From Klebsormidium nitens (Eukaryota > Plantae > Klebsormidiophyceae), in assembly GCA_000708835.1 (NCBI GenBank), contig DF237329.1:26571-90570 (forward strand): 64,000 bases of DNA, read 5' to 3'. Positions 12,466-25,702 of this stretch are shown here, one piece after another. Under the pieces are notes generated by a model, which was given only the letters and a program-made list of their open reading frames with translations, had not been told where the DNA came from and searched no databases. The first letter of the stretch is position 1, and each line of letters starts with the position of its first letter. A program made the translations under genes and the position numbers.

Positions 12466-15400
12466 TCAGGAATGGTTCGGTGCAATCTCCCGGTATGGCA
12501 CTGGGGGTATCGCCGGTCTGCTTGGCGGGCTCGGAGTAACCCAGGGTATGTGCCGGAAATCTTCGCCGCCGTAGATCGCCTTGTCTCCGAGTTGTTCCTC
12601 TATCCGCAAGAGCTGCACGCAAGGATTGCGACACAGGTTCAGAAATCAGAGGAATGTATGAACTTTTTCGCACTCCCGCTACGTGAAGGGCAATGGAGTC
12701 CGACAGATGCAGATAAATCTAAGAAGACGAAGAGGCTATCTTTGTACAAGTCCTTCTAGAAATCGATGTCGAAGTTGACGCACGTGCCTTTGGCAGCTTC
12801 TCGTAGATCTTGGCTGTATGATCGGATCCGAGAAGCGGGAATGTATCATCAGAGCGTTAAGTCCCAACCAGCTGAACCTCTTAGACGTAATACAGAAAGG
12901 AAAAGCAGATGAGGCGATAAGGGGACGGTCCTACGGCCGAGTCTCAGATAAACGCAGTGCACAAAGGAAGACCAGATGACGGTATAAAGAGAGGGTCCAA
13001 AGGCCATCTTTATAAACGTGCTAAAGAAAATGGTCAACAAATTGATGGAACTAGGAGAGGGAGGCAACACAGTTTACATGATTGTACTCCGCAAGCCGTT
13101 CGTTCTGGCAGGGCGCCCCCGACTTAAACCGCGGGCCTTACTGCCAGGTCAGCAGGAAAAGAAGGAACTAGAAAAGGGAGGAAACGCAGTTTCACCTGAT
13201 TGTACTTTGCGAGCCGTTCGCTCTGGCAGGGCGCCCCCGCTTTGAACTGCCCCGCCGCGAGCCCCACTGCCAGGTCAGCAATGAACGCATCGTCCGTCTC
13301 TCCACTCCCATGACCCACCATGACGCCCCAGCCCGCCTCCTTAGCCGTTCGCACAGCATCGATGGTTGCAGATACCGTTCCCGCATCGTGTACCTGCACA
13401 ATAGGTTATACGCACTGGGTAAGTTTATGAGTTTTCATCCACAGCATTTTGATGACCTAGCCCGTCTCCTTCGCCGTTCGCACCGCATCGATACTCGCGG
13501 ACACAATAGGTTATTAGCGCTCGATAAGCTCTTGAAACAACCTTTTAACGTCCCAGCCCGCCTTCTTCGCCGTTCGCACCGCATCAACGGTTGCAGACAA
13601 CGTTCCCGCATCGTCGATTTGCATGATAGCTTATTAGCATAAGTTCAGCTTTTGACTTTTGTTCACAACATTCTGACGCCCCAGCCTGCCTCCTTTGCTA
13701 TTTGCACCGCATCCATGTTTGCGAACACCGTTCCCACTTGGTGTACCTGCAAGTTGAATCAGGAGCACGCGGTCAGGTTAGGGGAATCAAAGGCTGCTTT
13801 ATCTGAAGCTTTAAGGTATCACAAAAGAATATTGAACGGTACTGAACGGTAAACGGTCTCGAGAGTGGTCATCTGTATGCTCTTCTACCTCCTTTGTTCA
13901 TAATACAGGAACGTGAACATTGATCCGCGCCTCGGGATTGCAAAGATGTTCCGCCCCCGTTTGCAAAGCAGACCCGGTTGACGCCTTGTCAGGTACCGCT
14001 TGACCAGAAAACTCATGGTCATGATTTCAAATGAGCGACCCGTGCCGAGCATGTCAAATACGACTTTTCCGTTTCTGTGACGTGAGGGAGAAACGCCCTC
14101 ACCTTGACTAAGAGCCCATTGCACCACTTGCCCTGCACGGCCGCTGCAATCGTCTTCACATTGCTCTCCAGCAACTCGTCCCCGACTACCTGCGAAACGC
14201 AGAACGAGGGTTCGACTTCTGCCCCGATCGCACGAATGACAGAATTGATTGTTGCAGCCAGGCGGTCGACTCTCGCAATGCAAAATTGTTCCCTTCAGAT
14301 TCTTGGCACGTCAAAGACTCTACTCCTAGCTGAACAATCGCTTCACACCCAAAGCCGGAACACTCTGTCAGGTCACCTACGTAGAAAAAACTTTCCAGGC
14401 ACAAAGTGCGAGAACGTTTTATTGGTCCAGAAAAGGATAGAAGCATTCCGTTACTCTTTAAGCCTAGCAGTTGTCAGATCGCAATAAGTCGTGGTCCACC
14501 TTGGATCTGTAGGTCAGACTGCATCAGGATTACGTCAGCGGCGTTCAGGCCCTTGATTTTTCCCCAGTCGGTCCGGTCGGAAGGGAACTCCTACAAACAC
14601 GAGCGGATATGCGTCGCACGGCTCCATATCTGATGTCATTGAACTGGTAATTGGAACCAAAACGCACCTGGCACACGTCAGCAGCGTTGAGGCCCTTGGT
14701 GTTCTCCCAGTCGGTTCGGTCGAAGGGATCCCCCACCGACACAATCGGATATGCTGCGCATAGCTCCTTATATGACGTCATCAGGTCGGCCCCCGTCTTC
14801 TTCTGCTTCCCGTCGTTGTTTGGCGTCTTGTAGTCGAGGTCGTATACCTTTGCCTCTGGAAGAACGGTATGAGAAAGAAGTTGGAAGCCGCGAAACCATC
14901 AGAACAGGGGAACGAGCGAAGTCCACGGTCTACAGACTCAATCACACGTCGAAAGCTGTGAGTGTGCAGAGCAGCGTACGAAGCCAAGCTCTAAAATATG
15001 CTTTTGAGACGCGGGAACCGAGGATCTTAAACGCCGCAAAGCTGCCTCTCACAAGCTCATCCAAGGAGCGGCCAACTGTAGACTTCACGAGCGCATCCGC
15101 TCTTATCCATGAATGACACTGCTCCTCCGAAATGCTGCTGACATCGTTTAGTAGTCAGAAGACAACGAGTGGCCAAAGTTCGTAAATCGCAGGAGGTCCC
15201 TCTAGGTCTCGTTCACTTTAGGGAACCCGTGTGGATGAGAAGAAAGTCTCCCGTGAAGCACCCCAGCAAAACGAACCTGGACTGAGAATCAGAACATGAC
15301 ACACACGCGCCATGCACGCTGCTCCTTCCTCATGAATTCTAGGTCGATGCAACGCCAATTAAAGGCCGCCACGTGTACAGCAAGTCTTACCAGTGAAGAG

Positions 15401-18400
15401 ATTGCTTGCGACGACATCCAGGCCGATCTTGACCCTCCCCGTTCCTCCAGCCCGATCAATCGCAGCCACGATAAGGTCAAGAGCCTCCCTCCCACTGCAA
15501 GAACCAAGAAGGCTGTTCGAGACTATCGTACTTGTGTATCTATTCCTTGAGGTCTGCTGAGTTGTTAACTTGTAATCTGAAGAAGCGCAACCTAATCAGT
15601 TCAAGAAACTCCTTTCCACCGCCTCTCTTCTATGCCAATTGCTTTGATTGAGAATGTGAAGGCCTGGCAATGCCTGCGATAATTGCCTTTTCACTGAATG
15701 CTTCCAAGCTTCTTTGTGTGTTGCTGTTGCTGATCAACATGTAAATTTCAAAGAATCTATCTGCGAGCCAGTCAGAGTTTGCGAGCCAGTCACCTCTGGA
15801 GTGCTCCATCTATTCGGTAGTTCTTTCACGTTAGACTCGTAGGATCATATTATTTCAGCAATCAAAACCTGGCTAGACAGTGGACTCACCTCGAGATGCT
15901 TGGAGCATAGCCGCCCTCGTCCCCTATGGAACACGGATCGGCCGGGTACTTCTCCTTGATCACGGTCCGCAGCTGGTGGTACGTCTCGGTGCCCATTCGC
16001 ATCGCGGACGCAAAGCTGTCTGCGCCCACTGGGAGGATCGTGAAGTCCTGCGGTGTATATTGGCCGAAGTCAGTCAATAAGCTGACTTCAAGCGAAACGC
16101 CCAAAGCAACGACCAGGGGGGGGGGGCACTGACGGGTCGTTTTGCCGAGCAACCAATTACCGAAAGTCTCTTCTTATGTACGGAGAGTCAACGTCTAGTG
16201 CCCTGATTCGAATGCGCGATCATAGCAAGAAAAGAGAGTTCGCCAGCGGCAGTAACACTCCACTACTGGGGCGCTGCGGACATGCCCGCTTCGCCTCCTT
16301 TGTTTTTCGTGATAGCTGGCAGTGAGGTCACAAGAGGTCTAGGACCTTCAGCGGGTCTGGGCGCCTATATTGCGATGCGCCATCGGATCGAAGTTCCAAA
16401 CCTAAGTGGAGCGAATGAGGAATTGAGGCGGATGTTGGGCAGATAGAAAACATAATACGGATCAAGTAGCCTAGTCCGGATTCAAGGGACTGGGGTGGGC
16501 GACGGTCGAAGCGAGGTCGTGATGTCTGTCGCGAAAAAAACAACGAGGAGTACTTACTTTGTAAGTACTAATTTGCAGTCCCCAAATACTAATTTGCAGT
16601 CCCCAAAGGAGCCAGGTCTTAAAAAATAGAGCCTGCAAGAATGACTTCCAGCTCTGGAGAAACTTCAGGAGGCATGGCGTATGAGCAATTACCTGACACG
16701 CCAGTTTATTCCCTGCATGGCGCCCCCCGTTGATGACGGTAAAAGCGGGAACTGGGAGGACTAGTCGAATGTTGGCTGCCAGCTCAGCAATGTGCTGGTA
16801 GAGCGGAACGCCCTTTTCCGCAGCACCTAAAAGTCGGTTACCAATGTGTCAGTGCAGATCACAGCCTAATATCGAGGAAGTCATGGTATAAATATACTAC
16901 CGAGTGCCTGGGGCCGAACATGGGGGAAAGCGCAATTGAAGGACCCATTTAAAGAATTCATGGGGCCAGTCATACCAAGACAACCTTAGCCGGAAAACAG
17001 CTGTCCAAAGGTGCAGCTTGCTCCGCGCTTTGATCGAACAATAGAACTGAGCAAGAATCTATTCTGATTCGTTCGCTTTGTCGAACGTTTTTGCAGGAGA
17101 GTAGACATGAAAGATTCATACAGCAAACCAATGCTGAACCATTCACGAATGTTATACATCTTAGGAAGCAGCGTTGACTTCTCAAAGCACCAAAGTCTGT
17201 TCTCCTCACGTTTATCACAACTCTGCAAAAGGCGTCTTGTAATCAGAAGCAGCTCAAATGTCCACATCTGAATAACAAGGAAAGGCCTCACCCGCTCGAC
17301 ACACTGCCAAAGACACCGCCAGGATCGCGCTCGCCCCACCTCCCGTCTTGTCTCCGCTCTTTTCAAGCACTCTGCAGATCAGCTGGTCGATCTCCACCTG
17401 CTTTGTAGGGTCCTTCCCGATGAGCGGCGGCGCAAGAACGGTGTTGACAATCGCAATCGCTTGGCTCACACTACTGGGTGGGGACTTTGAGGCATCTTCG
17501 TCGGAAGTGTCGTGCCTGGTAGGGAGGAAGTTGCTGGTTTGAAATTACCAAGGCATGTTTGGTAGGGATTGGTGAGGCAGCCAAAACTGTGATGCTTTCT
17601 GCCACCGCCTGCTGAACTGCGGAAAAGAGACCTCTTCACTTGATGCAACGTAGTCTTTGCTATATCAACGAGGAAGCGTACACAGGATCGCATACTTCTT
17701 TACACAATTGTACGCTAAGGAGTCTCTTTACAGATTACGGCAATCATCGAGTTACATAACCTGTGAAGATGCAACAGTGTGCACGATGCAGCTCCCTCAA
17801 GGCGTTTTGCCCACCGGAACCCAGATGGCAGCGTCTCCGCTCGTGGCCACAGCTCGCTACAAATCCGAAGTCTCCACCAGAATCAAAGGCCAATGAAAAG
17901 CGCATGTGAATCACTTACCCCCTGGTGGCCTCTCCGCTCGGGACCGCCGCTCGAAAAGACCCTTTCCTTGTCTGCACATCGACCTCTATGGTGGGGACGC
18001 CCCTGCTGTCATAGATCTGGCGAGCCCTGACCTTGGTGATGACAGCGGGGGCCGCACGCCTCAATACGTCCGCCTGCAGAATGGAGAGGCTTGGATTGTC
18101 TCATTTCAAATCTACTTATGTCGTTTTCGCGAGGGTGATGGTTTGGTGAATGTCTACAACGTACATGTTCAGGTTTGAACTCGCGTCTCTTTGGCAATTG
18201 TGGTCTTAGAATTGACCTCAATGTGACTGTAATCTACCTTGGAGACAGTTCAGTTGCCACCTTGAAGAGGTAGATGGTGGCAGAGGCTTTTTTAGCAACT
18301 AATCATCAAACATCATCCTGTCGGCAAGAGCTTCAACCTCCACATTCTGGCCCCGAAATTGTGGGCTTTGTGCCCCCACTTTCAATCCCGAATTGCGCCA

Positions 18401-19027
18401 TAACATCTTTTATGAACCATCGACTTCAGCAGGTAGTCTGGTTTGAACAAAGTGGCTTTAGAAGTGGCCCTTACACAAGGCAATCTGCCAAAAGTGGTTG
18501 CCAGTTCAGAAGGAACATCAGTGTCTGACTCAATTGCAATTGTAACTTTGCCTGCCATTTAGGCCAAGGACAGCCGCAAACTTGAAAGAAGCTCTCAACA
18601 TAATTCTTGTACAATGGGCGCCTACTCTTGTGTGTGCAGTCCTGCTGATATAGCCCATGATATGCAAACCCTAATCTAGAAGGGTTGGTCCGCTGAACCC
18701 CTAATTTTCCTAGAAAAGGTGGATAGTCCAGTGCATTGTTCAAGATCTGATTCTGTCATAAAGCTCGTCATCCTTCCAAATTGTACAACAAGCGGTCAGT
18801 CTAAACCGCAACTAAGATCGAACTCTCTTCTCTTAATCCAAGGCTGGCTGACTTTTTCTATCCAAGCTTACCAGATAGCTCACAGGCTCCTCTGCTCGTG
18901 CCCTGACCGCTGCATTGACCGCCTCCTCGATCCTCAGCGAGAGCTGGTGCTTGTCCAGGTACTCTTGCACCGTCAAAGCTGCAGTGCTGGTGCTAGAGGT
19001 TGCTTCTCTCGACGCCATCGCTTTCAT
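12466..19027 (-). CDS. Divergent enolase of the plant ENO3/ENOC type, 10 exons
   Basis: Exons 19027-18872, 18073-17919, 17515-17292, 16826-16693, 16047-15890, 15494-15391, 14855-14668, 14189-14103, 13393-13196, 12612-12466, all phases consistent. Motifs: [49 protein letters not shown]. The N-terminal [24 protein letters not shown] is ENO3-like. Confidence 0.9.
13074..13750 (-). repeat. Intronic degenerate copies of enolase exon 9 ends
   Basis: A copy of the exon 3' end lies at 13074-13154. Copies of the exon 5' end lie at about 13455-13492, 13551-13615 and 13674-13750; the last keeps TTGCAG|GTACAC. Confidence 0.85.
14532..14626 (-). repeat. Intronic copy of the 3' about 95 nt of enolase exon 7
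   Basis: About 80% identical by eye to 14672-14765 ([27 protein letters not shown]), with a 1-nt indel. Confidence 0.9.
16566..16607. repeat. Perfect 21-bp tandem duplication in an enolase intron
   Basis: TACTAATTTGCAGTCCCCAAA x2. Confidence 0.9.
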
Positions 19028-20223
19028 CAATCTTCAGGACAAAATCAGATATAATCAGTTGCTCACAGAACAGAAAGAGCAAAGTGGCGTTCTGTGTCAC
19101 CTTGAATTTTCGTCACGATGGGCTCCAAAGAACCTTGCTCGCGCAGTGAGCAGCTGGTGAGCAGGTTGAAACAATGAAAGAGCTGGGGAGAAGCAGATCT
19201 CTCATGCATGAGTTCAAACTCAGCAGCGGCCATGAATTGTCATTTGCTCGAGTGCAGAGCTGAGGACCTGAGGTAGATAGGTACTACAAACCCTTTCACA
19301 AACTGAGGATGACTTGCAGCGTTACGTTTCATCGTGAAAGTTTCATACAGCGTTCCAGATCTGTACTCTCTAACCAAACCCGTAACGCTTAGTTCGGATA
19401 GGGGTCCCGAGCCGCCGCCCCAGCTCATCTCCCCAGCCAGGACCACCTTCTTCCTCTTTCCAGCTTCCTTCCGAAGGCAGCTGCGCCCGCTGGCTGTAAA
19501 GGTGAGGGGGCCATCGCTCCCTTCTTCTGCTGGTGCTTTCCTGCTGTATGCAAGAGTGTTGAAGGAAGGAAAATATCTGTCCTGCATTCTAGGCTGCGAG
19601 ACGTCCCTGAAGTGGGTGACGCTTTGGATGTGCCCTATCGGGCTGATGAGATGGGGCAGGCAACAGGGCAGTGCAAAGGAGAAGCAAAGCAGAGCATGTG
19701 GCAGTATCAGGGGGCAAGGGGACATCAGCAGAAGGCTTGTTGGGGTTGGAGGGGCTGTCCCGTCATTGCTTGAACCGTTACCACCCTATCTTTAACGGGA
19801 TGTGCATGGTTAACAAGTCAAAAAGTTGTAGGCAATGTGCGGAGCAATGCACACGTCATCCTTCCGGGGAGATAGCGCTGTGTTTTGACTTCTTGGGCCG
19901 CATGTTAACGGTCAGCCTGCTTATTATGTTGGTGGAATGGATGCTGTTCTGATTCTCGTAAAATTATGCGGCGCCAAAGAAGGTCAAACCGCTCTTTTTA
20001 CTCGGTTCAGCTTTTTAACACCTTAGGCTCCTCCTTTGGTGCTTGAGGGATAGGCAGGACAGCGTTATTTTGGGCCAAGGCCTTTTTGCTTTTGGAAGGA
20101 TGCAACTACGAAAAGCTGTTTCCATTGCTGACGGAAAGGGAAACTCATGTGTCCACCCCTCTCCTACTTCAAATTGTATCGCTAATCCTTGGAGATTGTG
20201 TTGCTGCAGGGCAGGATAGGATC

Positions 20224-23200
20224 ATGGCAGACAAGAAGGCTGTTGCCAAGGCCCCGGCCCCTCAGGCCAAGGTACGGTTGCTTTCACTACTTCCCTGCCT
20301 TGAGCAGATTGTGGCTTCATACGCAGGATCAGACAGGGGTTGTTTCATGCGGATTGCCCTTGAGGTCATCGTAAGACAAGCGAAGTCCCAGACAAGAGGG
20401 GCCAGCAAAAGCAAAGCAGCACTAACAAAGATGATGCTTTATGAAGCAACACTGATCGTTAGAAGGCGCCCAGACGATAACCTATCAAAGTCTAATATTT
20501 ACGGCCGGCACCCACCACATGCATAGCTGCGGATCCTCAATCTTGGCCCTTGTAGGATTGTGGTAATGGTAACTGGTTTGTTTTTCCTCCCCGAAGCGTA
20601 CTTCTGGTCGCGATATTTGCGGCTGGATCATATTCGGCCAGAAATGCATTTTGCTGGTAGGGCAGACTCTGCTAGGAGGGGTCGAGGGCAGCAGTGAGGA
20701 GGTTACGTCCCACTGTGAGCAACACAAGTCGCTGATATGGAATACGCTCTTTGACAGGCCGCCGAGAAGGTGCCTGAGTCTGTGCTGAAGAAGCGGAAGC
20801 GCGATGAGAACTGGACCAAGCAGAAGAAGGAGACGGAGCTGGCCGCCAAGAAGAAATCGCGCGCCGACCGCAAGGTCATCTTCAAGAGGGCAGAGGCGTA
20901 CGTCAAGGAGTACCGCCAGCAGGTGATTGCCCAGACATTGAATCACTCAAGCTTGTACTTTGCAAATGGATGGACTGCTCTTGATTCACTGGTTGTCTTG
21001 GTAAGTGGCGATGGCATTCCTGATGGACTGTTGTGATTGGATTTTGAGTTTGCTCTTTTTAGGTGCCACTTGTTGTCTTCGGACCAATCCAGGTCCTCTA
21101 AGGTGCCTTGGGTTGAGCAGGGGCATCCATGCTTGCTGGCGCCAGAGACTGCTGGCGCAGTGTGGCCGTAGTTGAGAATCGTTGGCTTTTGTGCATTTTG
21201 GAGATTGTCGCTGGCGTCGCAATCAGGGCAGTTGGGAGGGGCAACGACGAGTAGGGCGAATGAACTAGGGGCTCTGGAATCTAGCAGGGGTTAGCAAGAG
21301 GGGACTCGAACGCAGGGCACAGAAGAGAAAGAACTGGCTCAGCAGATTGTACGGAGCGAGTTGCTTGTGGAACTTAGTGATGCACAGCAAGCTGCACTCT
21401 CGGAAAGGGGTGCATCTAGGTTCGGGTTGGCACTCCCTCGGGTTGCGGCGTAAAGCCCTTTTGCTAGTATAGTAGAGACGGCAAAGGGACTTGGGGCAGT
21501 CTGGCAAGGCATGGTCACTTATGGAATGGTTCCTGAACAGAACTCATCGGAAGCTGATGGCTGAGGGCAGTGGCAGAAACTTGGGGAGGCTGTTTCTGAG
21601 CAAGAATTTGAGCACGGAAACAAGACAGGTCTTGGTTGAGCGACTGAACTCAGCGACCTTAGCCAGTTTGACAAGTTTCGTCTCTGCACAGACTCCATCT
21701 GTCTGTCAACCCTTCCTTGGGTGTAGAAGGCTTGACTTGGCATGCCACTGGCCGGGGGTCCAGCACATTGGAAAATTTCTTGCTAAAGGTTGGGATTAAG
21801 CACAGCATTCCTGAAAGACTTCACTTATCAGACGCCTATACTTTTGTTTTCTACAGGATCCCATCGTGATGGAAAAGCAAGCCAAAGCGGGAGGCCAGGT
21901 TATTTATCGAAAGATTCTGTTTCTAAGTACAGAGGGCTGTATTTTGCAGGAGGCCGACCTGATCCGCATCAAGCGCGAGGCGAAGCTGAAGGGCGGGTTC
22001 TACGTGGAGGCGGAGGCGAAGCTGCTGTTTGTGATCCGTATCCGGGGTATCAATGACATGCACCCCAAGACTCGCAAGATCCTGCAGCTGCTGCGGTTGC
22101 GTCAGATCTTCAACGGCGTCTTCATGAAGGTCAACAAGGCGACGCTCAACATGCTGCACCGGGTCGAGCCCTACGTTGCCTACGGGTGAGAGATACTGGT
22201 TGCGCGGTACAAGCTCTAGGGTGTTAGCATGTTGATGCTTGAGCCTTGTGCATATTCAGTGGCGACTTGATGACGGCAGAGAAGACGATGGTCAGCATGT
22301 TACCCAATGTTGAGTTGCGTGAGAGTTGTTTGAGGTTCGAGGTCTGAGGTTCAGGCTTCCAAGGTCCTCAAGTTATTTCGTGACACATCTTCTATGTCTG
22401 TTGTGGTGTTTGCAACATTTGTGAAAGAAAAGAGAAACGATTTTTGACCTAAGTGCGCTATTTTGAGCTCTGCGTTTTGCCCAGCGGTGACATCCTTGGC
22501 TGTTTGAACTTTCAATTGTTTTTGGGAGGAAGAAGGTCGAGAGTTCTGTGCTCCAGCATTTTGCAATGTGTTCTGAATGATACCAACGATCTCCACCTTC
22601 TCATTGTGCCATCAATACTGAGTTGGTGCAGGTCTCGCTGCTCTTGTGTTGTCTGCTATTTCCATCTGACGAGTTTAGAAGGATCTCCTCTGTCTGGGTT
22701 GTGTTGGAAGACTGTCGCGGCGGGTGGCGGAGATGATGAGTAGCTTGGTCCGTGTTTTTGATGCAGTGCACTCTGTGCGCTCATGGAGATAAAAACTTGC
22801 TCGTTTTTGCCAACCTGATCCGCCCCGCCGCGCAGTCTTCTTCAAGAGTTTGGAAACGCACTCTTTCGTGGTATTCGAGTCCTGAATCTGCGGCACTTTG
22901 AGAATGTGTGACATGTGTGGAAGGTTTGGGAATTGGCTTCTCGAAATCCTTGAGTAGATTCGTCTTGTTTGATCCGTTGACAGGATGGCACTCTTTCTAG
23001 TAGCTTGTCGTGGTTGTGAAACGTCTACAGTATTTTCTTGTCTACTTGCAGCGGATTTCCTTCAAGAGATTGTGAAACGGCTTTGGTTGAGATTCCTCAG
23101 AAGAAGATCACCGATTCCAATTTCATGACGCCCTCTGACTCTCGCACAGCCCTGACCGAAGAGTTCTTCCACTGCTCTGACTTCCAGAATTTTTGAATGG

Positions 23201-24044
23201 CAGGTACCCTAACTTGAAGAGCGTGAAGGAGATGATCTACAAGCGGGGGTACGGCAAGCTGAACAAGCAAAGGATTCCTTTGACAGACAACGCCGTCATT
23301 GAGGAGGTAAGAATCGAACATCTCTTATCAGGAGGAAGATTGCTTTGCAAGGGTTGAAGCGGCGATAGTAGATTGGACTAGAAGGGTGACCTCGTTCACA
23401 ATTTGAGTGCAGTCGACATTTCATCTCTGAAAGTGTTACCAGAGTTTAGACGTGTTGACACTCTGGTTGTAGTGGTCATGACCCTCTTGAACTGCACGCT
23501 TGTTTACCCGATGGAAAGCTGACGTGCTACTCAAGTTCTGTGTAAGTCGGGACGGCAAAGCAAGTTAAAACACCTCGAAGACGACAGGAATTGACGATCC
23601 CCCTCATAGCAGAAGGATTCGGTTCTGCGGACCCAGTCATGCAGACGCAGCTCTTCCTCCTTGAGCGCTTCCTTTCGACAGAGCGTCGACGAGTTTGGTC
23701 GTGCGCACGACGACCTGCAGTCCGCCCATACGAAGTTAGCACTGAAGGAGTCGAACACATAGGTCTCGTCCATACTGACGTCAGGAGGCATTTATGCTGA
23801 CGTCAGCACTTCCGTTCTTCGCGCGCAGGCTTTGGGCAAGTTCGGCATCATCTGCATCGAGGACCTGATCCACGAGATCTACACAGTGGGCCCCCACTTC
23901 AAGGAGGCCAACAACTACCTGTGGCCGTTCAAGCTGTCGGCGCCCCTCGGCGGGCTCAAGAAGAAGCGGACCCACTACATCGAGGGGGGGGATGCCGGGA
24001 ACCGGGAACTCAAGATCAACAACTTGATCAGGAGAATGAACTAG
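20224..24044 (+). CDS. RPL7: 60S ribosomal protein L7 (uL30), 5 exons
   Basis: Exons 20224-20271, 20758-20922, 21950-22185, 23204-23306, 23829-24044. Motifs: [67 protein letters not shown]. Confidence 0.97.
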
Positions 24045-25702
24045 GGCGGATGGACGGTGCTAGCGGGCTTTGCGTTCTTGTGCCGGGGACGCGGGGCTTG
24101 AAAATGTTGTGTCTACCTTAAATTCTGTTTCCATGCGTGTCATATGCGGTGCCAACATGGAATGATGGGCGTGTAACTGCTCTACAAATGATGGCTTTTA
24201 CAAGCCACGTCCAAGCAGATTGAGTTGTCTTCATGCAAAACATAGAAAGTGGATACTATTGATCTGCTTGGTCAGTGGGAGGCGTGTCAGGATCATCCTT
24301 GTCCGCCTCTGATTCGGCATGCCAGGCATGCTTAAGTTATGTACTGCATTTCCTGTTTGTAAATGATTCTGTAATTGGCAACCCCGCCAGCTTTGGTTGG
24401 ATCATGTGAATGCGTAAGCCGTAGAGTGCACTGCCCCTGCATGAGGGTAGTGTGCAACGGCGCAACCTACATACAATCCCATACTTAATGGTCTTTGCGT
24501 TTAACATGTATCTCTTATACGAATAGAAGCATGGCGGCACGCTTCAAAACTGTGGTAGCTTAGTAACCTATAAAAGCGTATGTCATGATGGTGTCTTGTT
24601 TTTCGTTGAGCTGTAGCCAGTGGCGGCGCCGGGCCATAGGCTTCTCATGGATTACAATGTTGTTAGCATGAGCTTGAAAGTGTGAGTCGGCTTATAAATT
24701 GAAATACAACTACCGGCCTACCAGCAATCACCCATACACCGTTCAGACGCTACAACTCTGGCCGGATGTATGCAGCCCACTAAGCAACGAAATTTGGAAA
24801 CGCTTACTTAGGCTTTTGCAGAGGGCTTCGATCAAAACATCTGACCAACAAGTTCTTGTGACGGACTCTATCTTGTGCTAGGCCAGGATGTTGGTAGCAG
24901 CGGGTCGGGTAGGAAGCATTTGGTAGGCTTTGAAGGACGATGGCTCGTGCGTCATCTTGATGGTACTATAGGTTGGAATGCAATCCTATGCGCCGCGGGC
25001 CATTATGAACCCCTGCCCGTTACTGATGCTATCCTACTTAGCGTGTGGCGCCGTTAATGACCATTGACAGTGCTAGTTCATAACCATTCTGAATACATTG
25101 ATTTGCAAGTGAGGGCTAGGCGTACGGCCACCGTAGCGGTTTAAGCTGGATTTCGACCGTCATAAACGCGCACTGATCATCCAGGATGAGGGGGTTCTGC
25201 ATCGCAAGATGTCAATTGCACAATCTAAGCATGAGCTACTAGCCCTTTCAATCCGGAAATTCGATTGACCTTCCATGCCCGCTTGTCGGATATGTAACCA
25301 AGTTTTCAGTTGCGATGACTCACTGAAAACCAATGCTTTGACAAATTAATTCAATGCAACGGGATGAAACGAGGCTGAAAACATTGTACAAGGCGTACCG
25401 AAGAGTCACTCGGGTCCCTCTTTTGGAGGATGTCGGGCTAATGCATCTTGAATATCAAAACACATTGGGATGCGTTGACCCGATTCTTAACCGCTCAATT
25501 CCAGACAACGTTCTTGTGCCCTAAAGCTTTTCGGCGGATACGATCTGCCCCACAAACTTCTTATCGCAGCGTCAAGAGCACGACTCAAGCAAGCAATCCA
25601 CACACGCGAATCATCATCGATTTTAGTTCAACTCTGTCAGAGTGTTACTTCACAACATGTTGATCCAGATCCAACCGTTCCGCTCCTCTACTGAATTGCG
25701 TA

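Noticed and set aside
16561-16607. Plus-strand GTAAGTACTAATTTGCAG packs donor, branch-point and acceptor motifs into 18 nt
   Set aside because: Antisense to the enolase, too short to be an intron, and no plus-strand gene context. Likely coincidence within a 21-bp duplication.
21845-21905. Possible echo of RPL7 exon 3 start (CAG|[13 protein letters not shown] vs [14 protein letters not shown])
   Set aside because: Similarity is too weak to separate from chance without statistics.
22265-22352. C/D snoRNA-like motifs (TTGATGA...CTGA) in RPL7 intron 3
   Set aside because: Imperfect C box, weak terminal stem and no rRNA complementarity identified.
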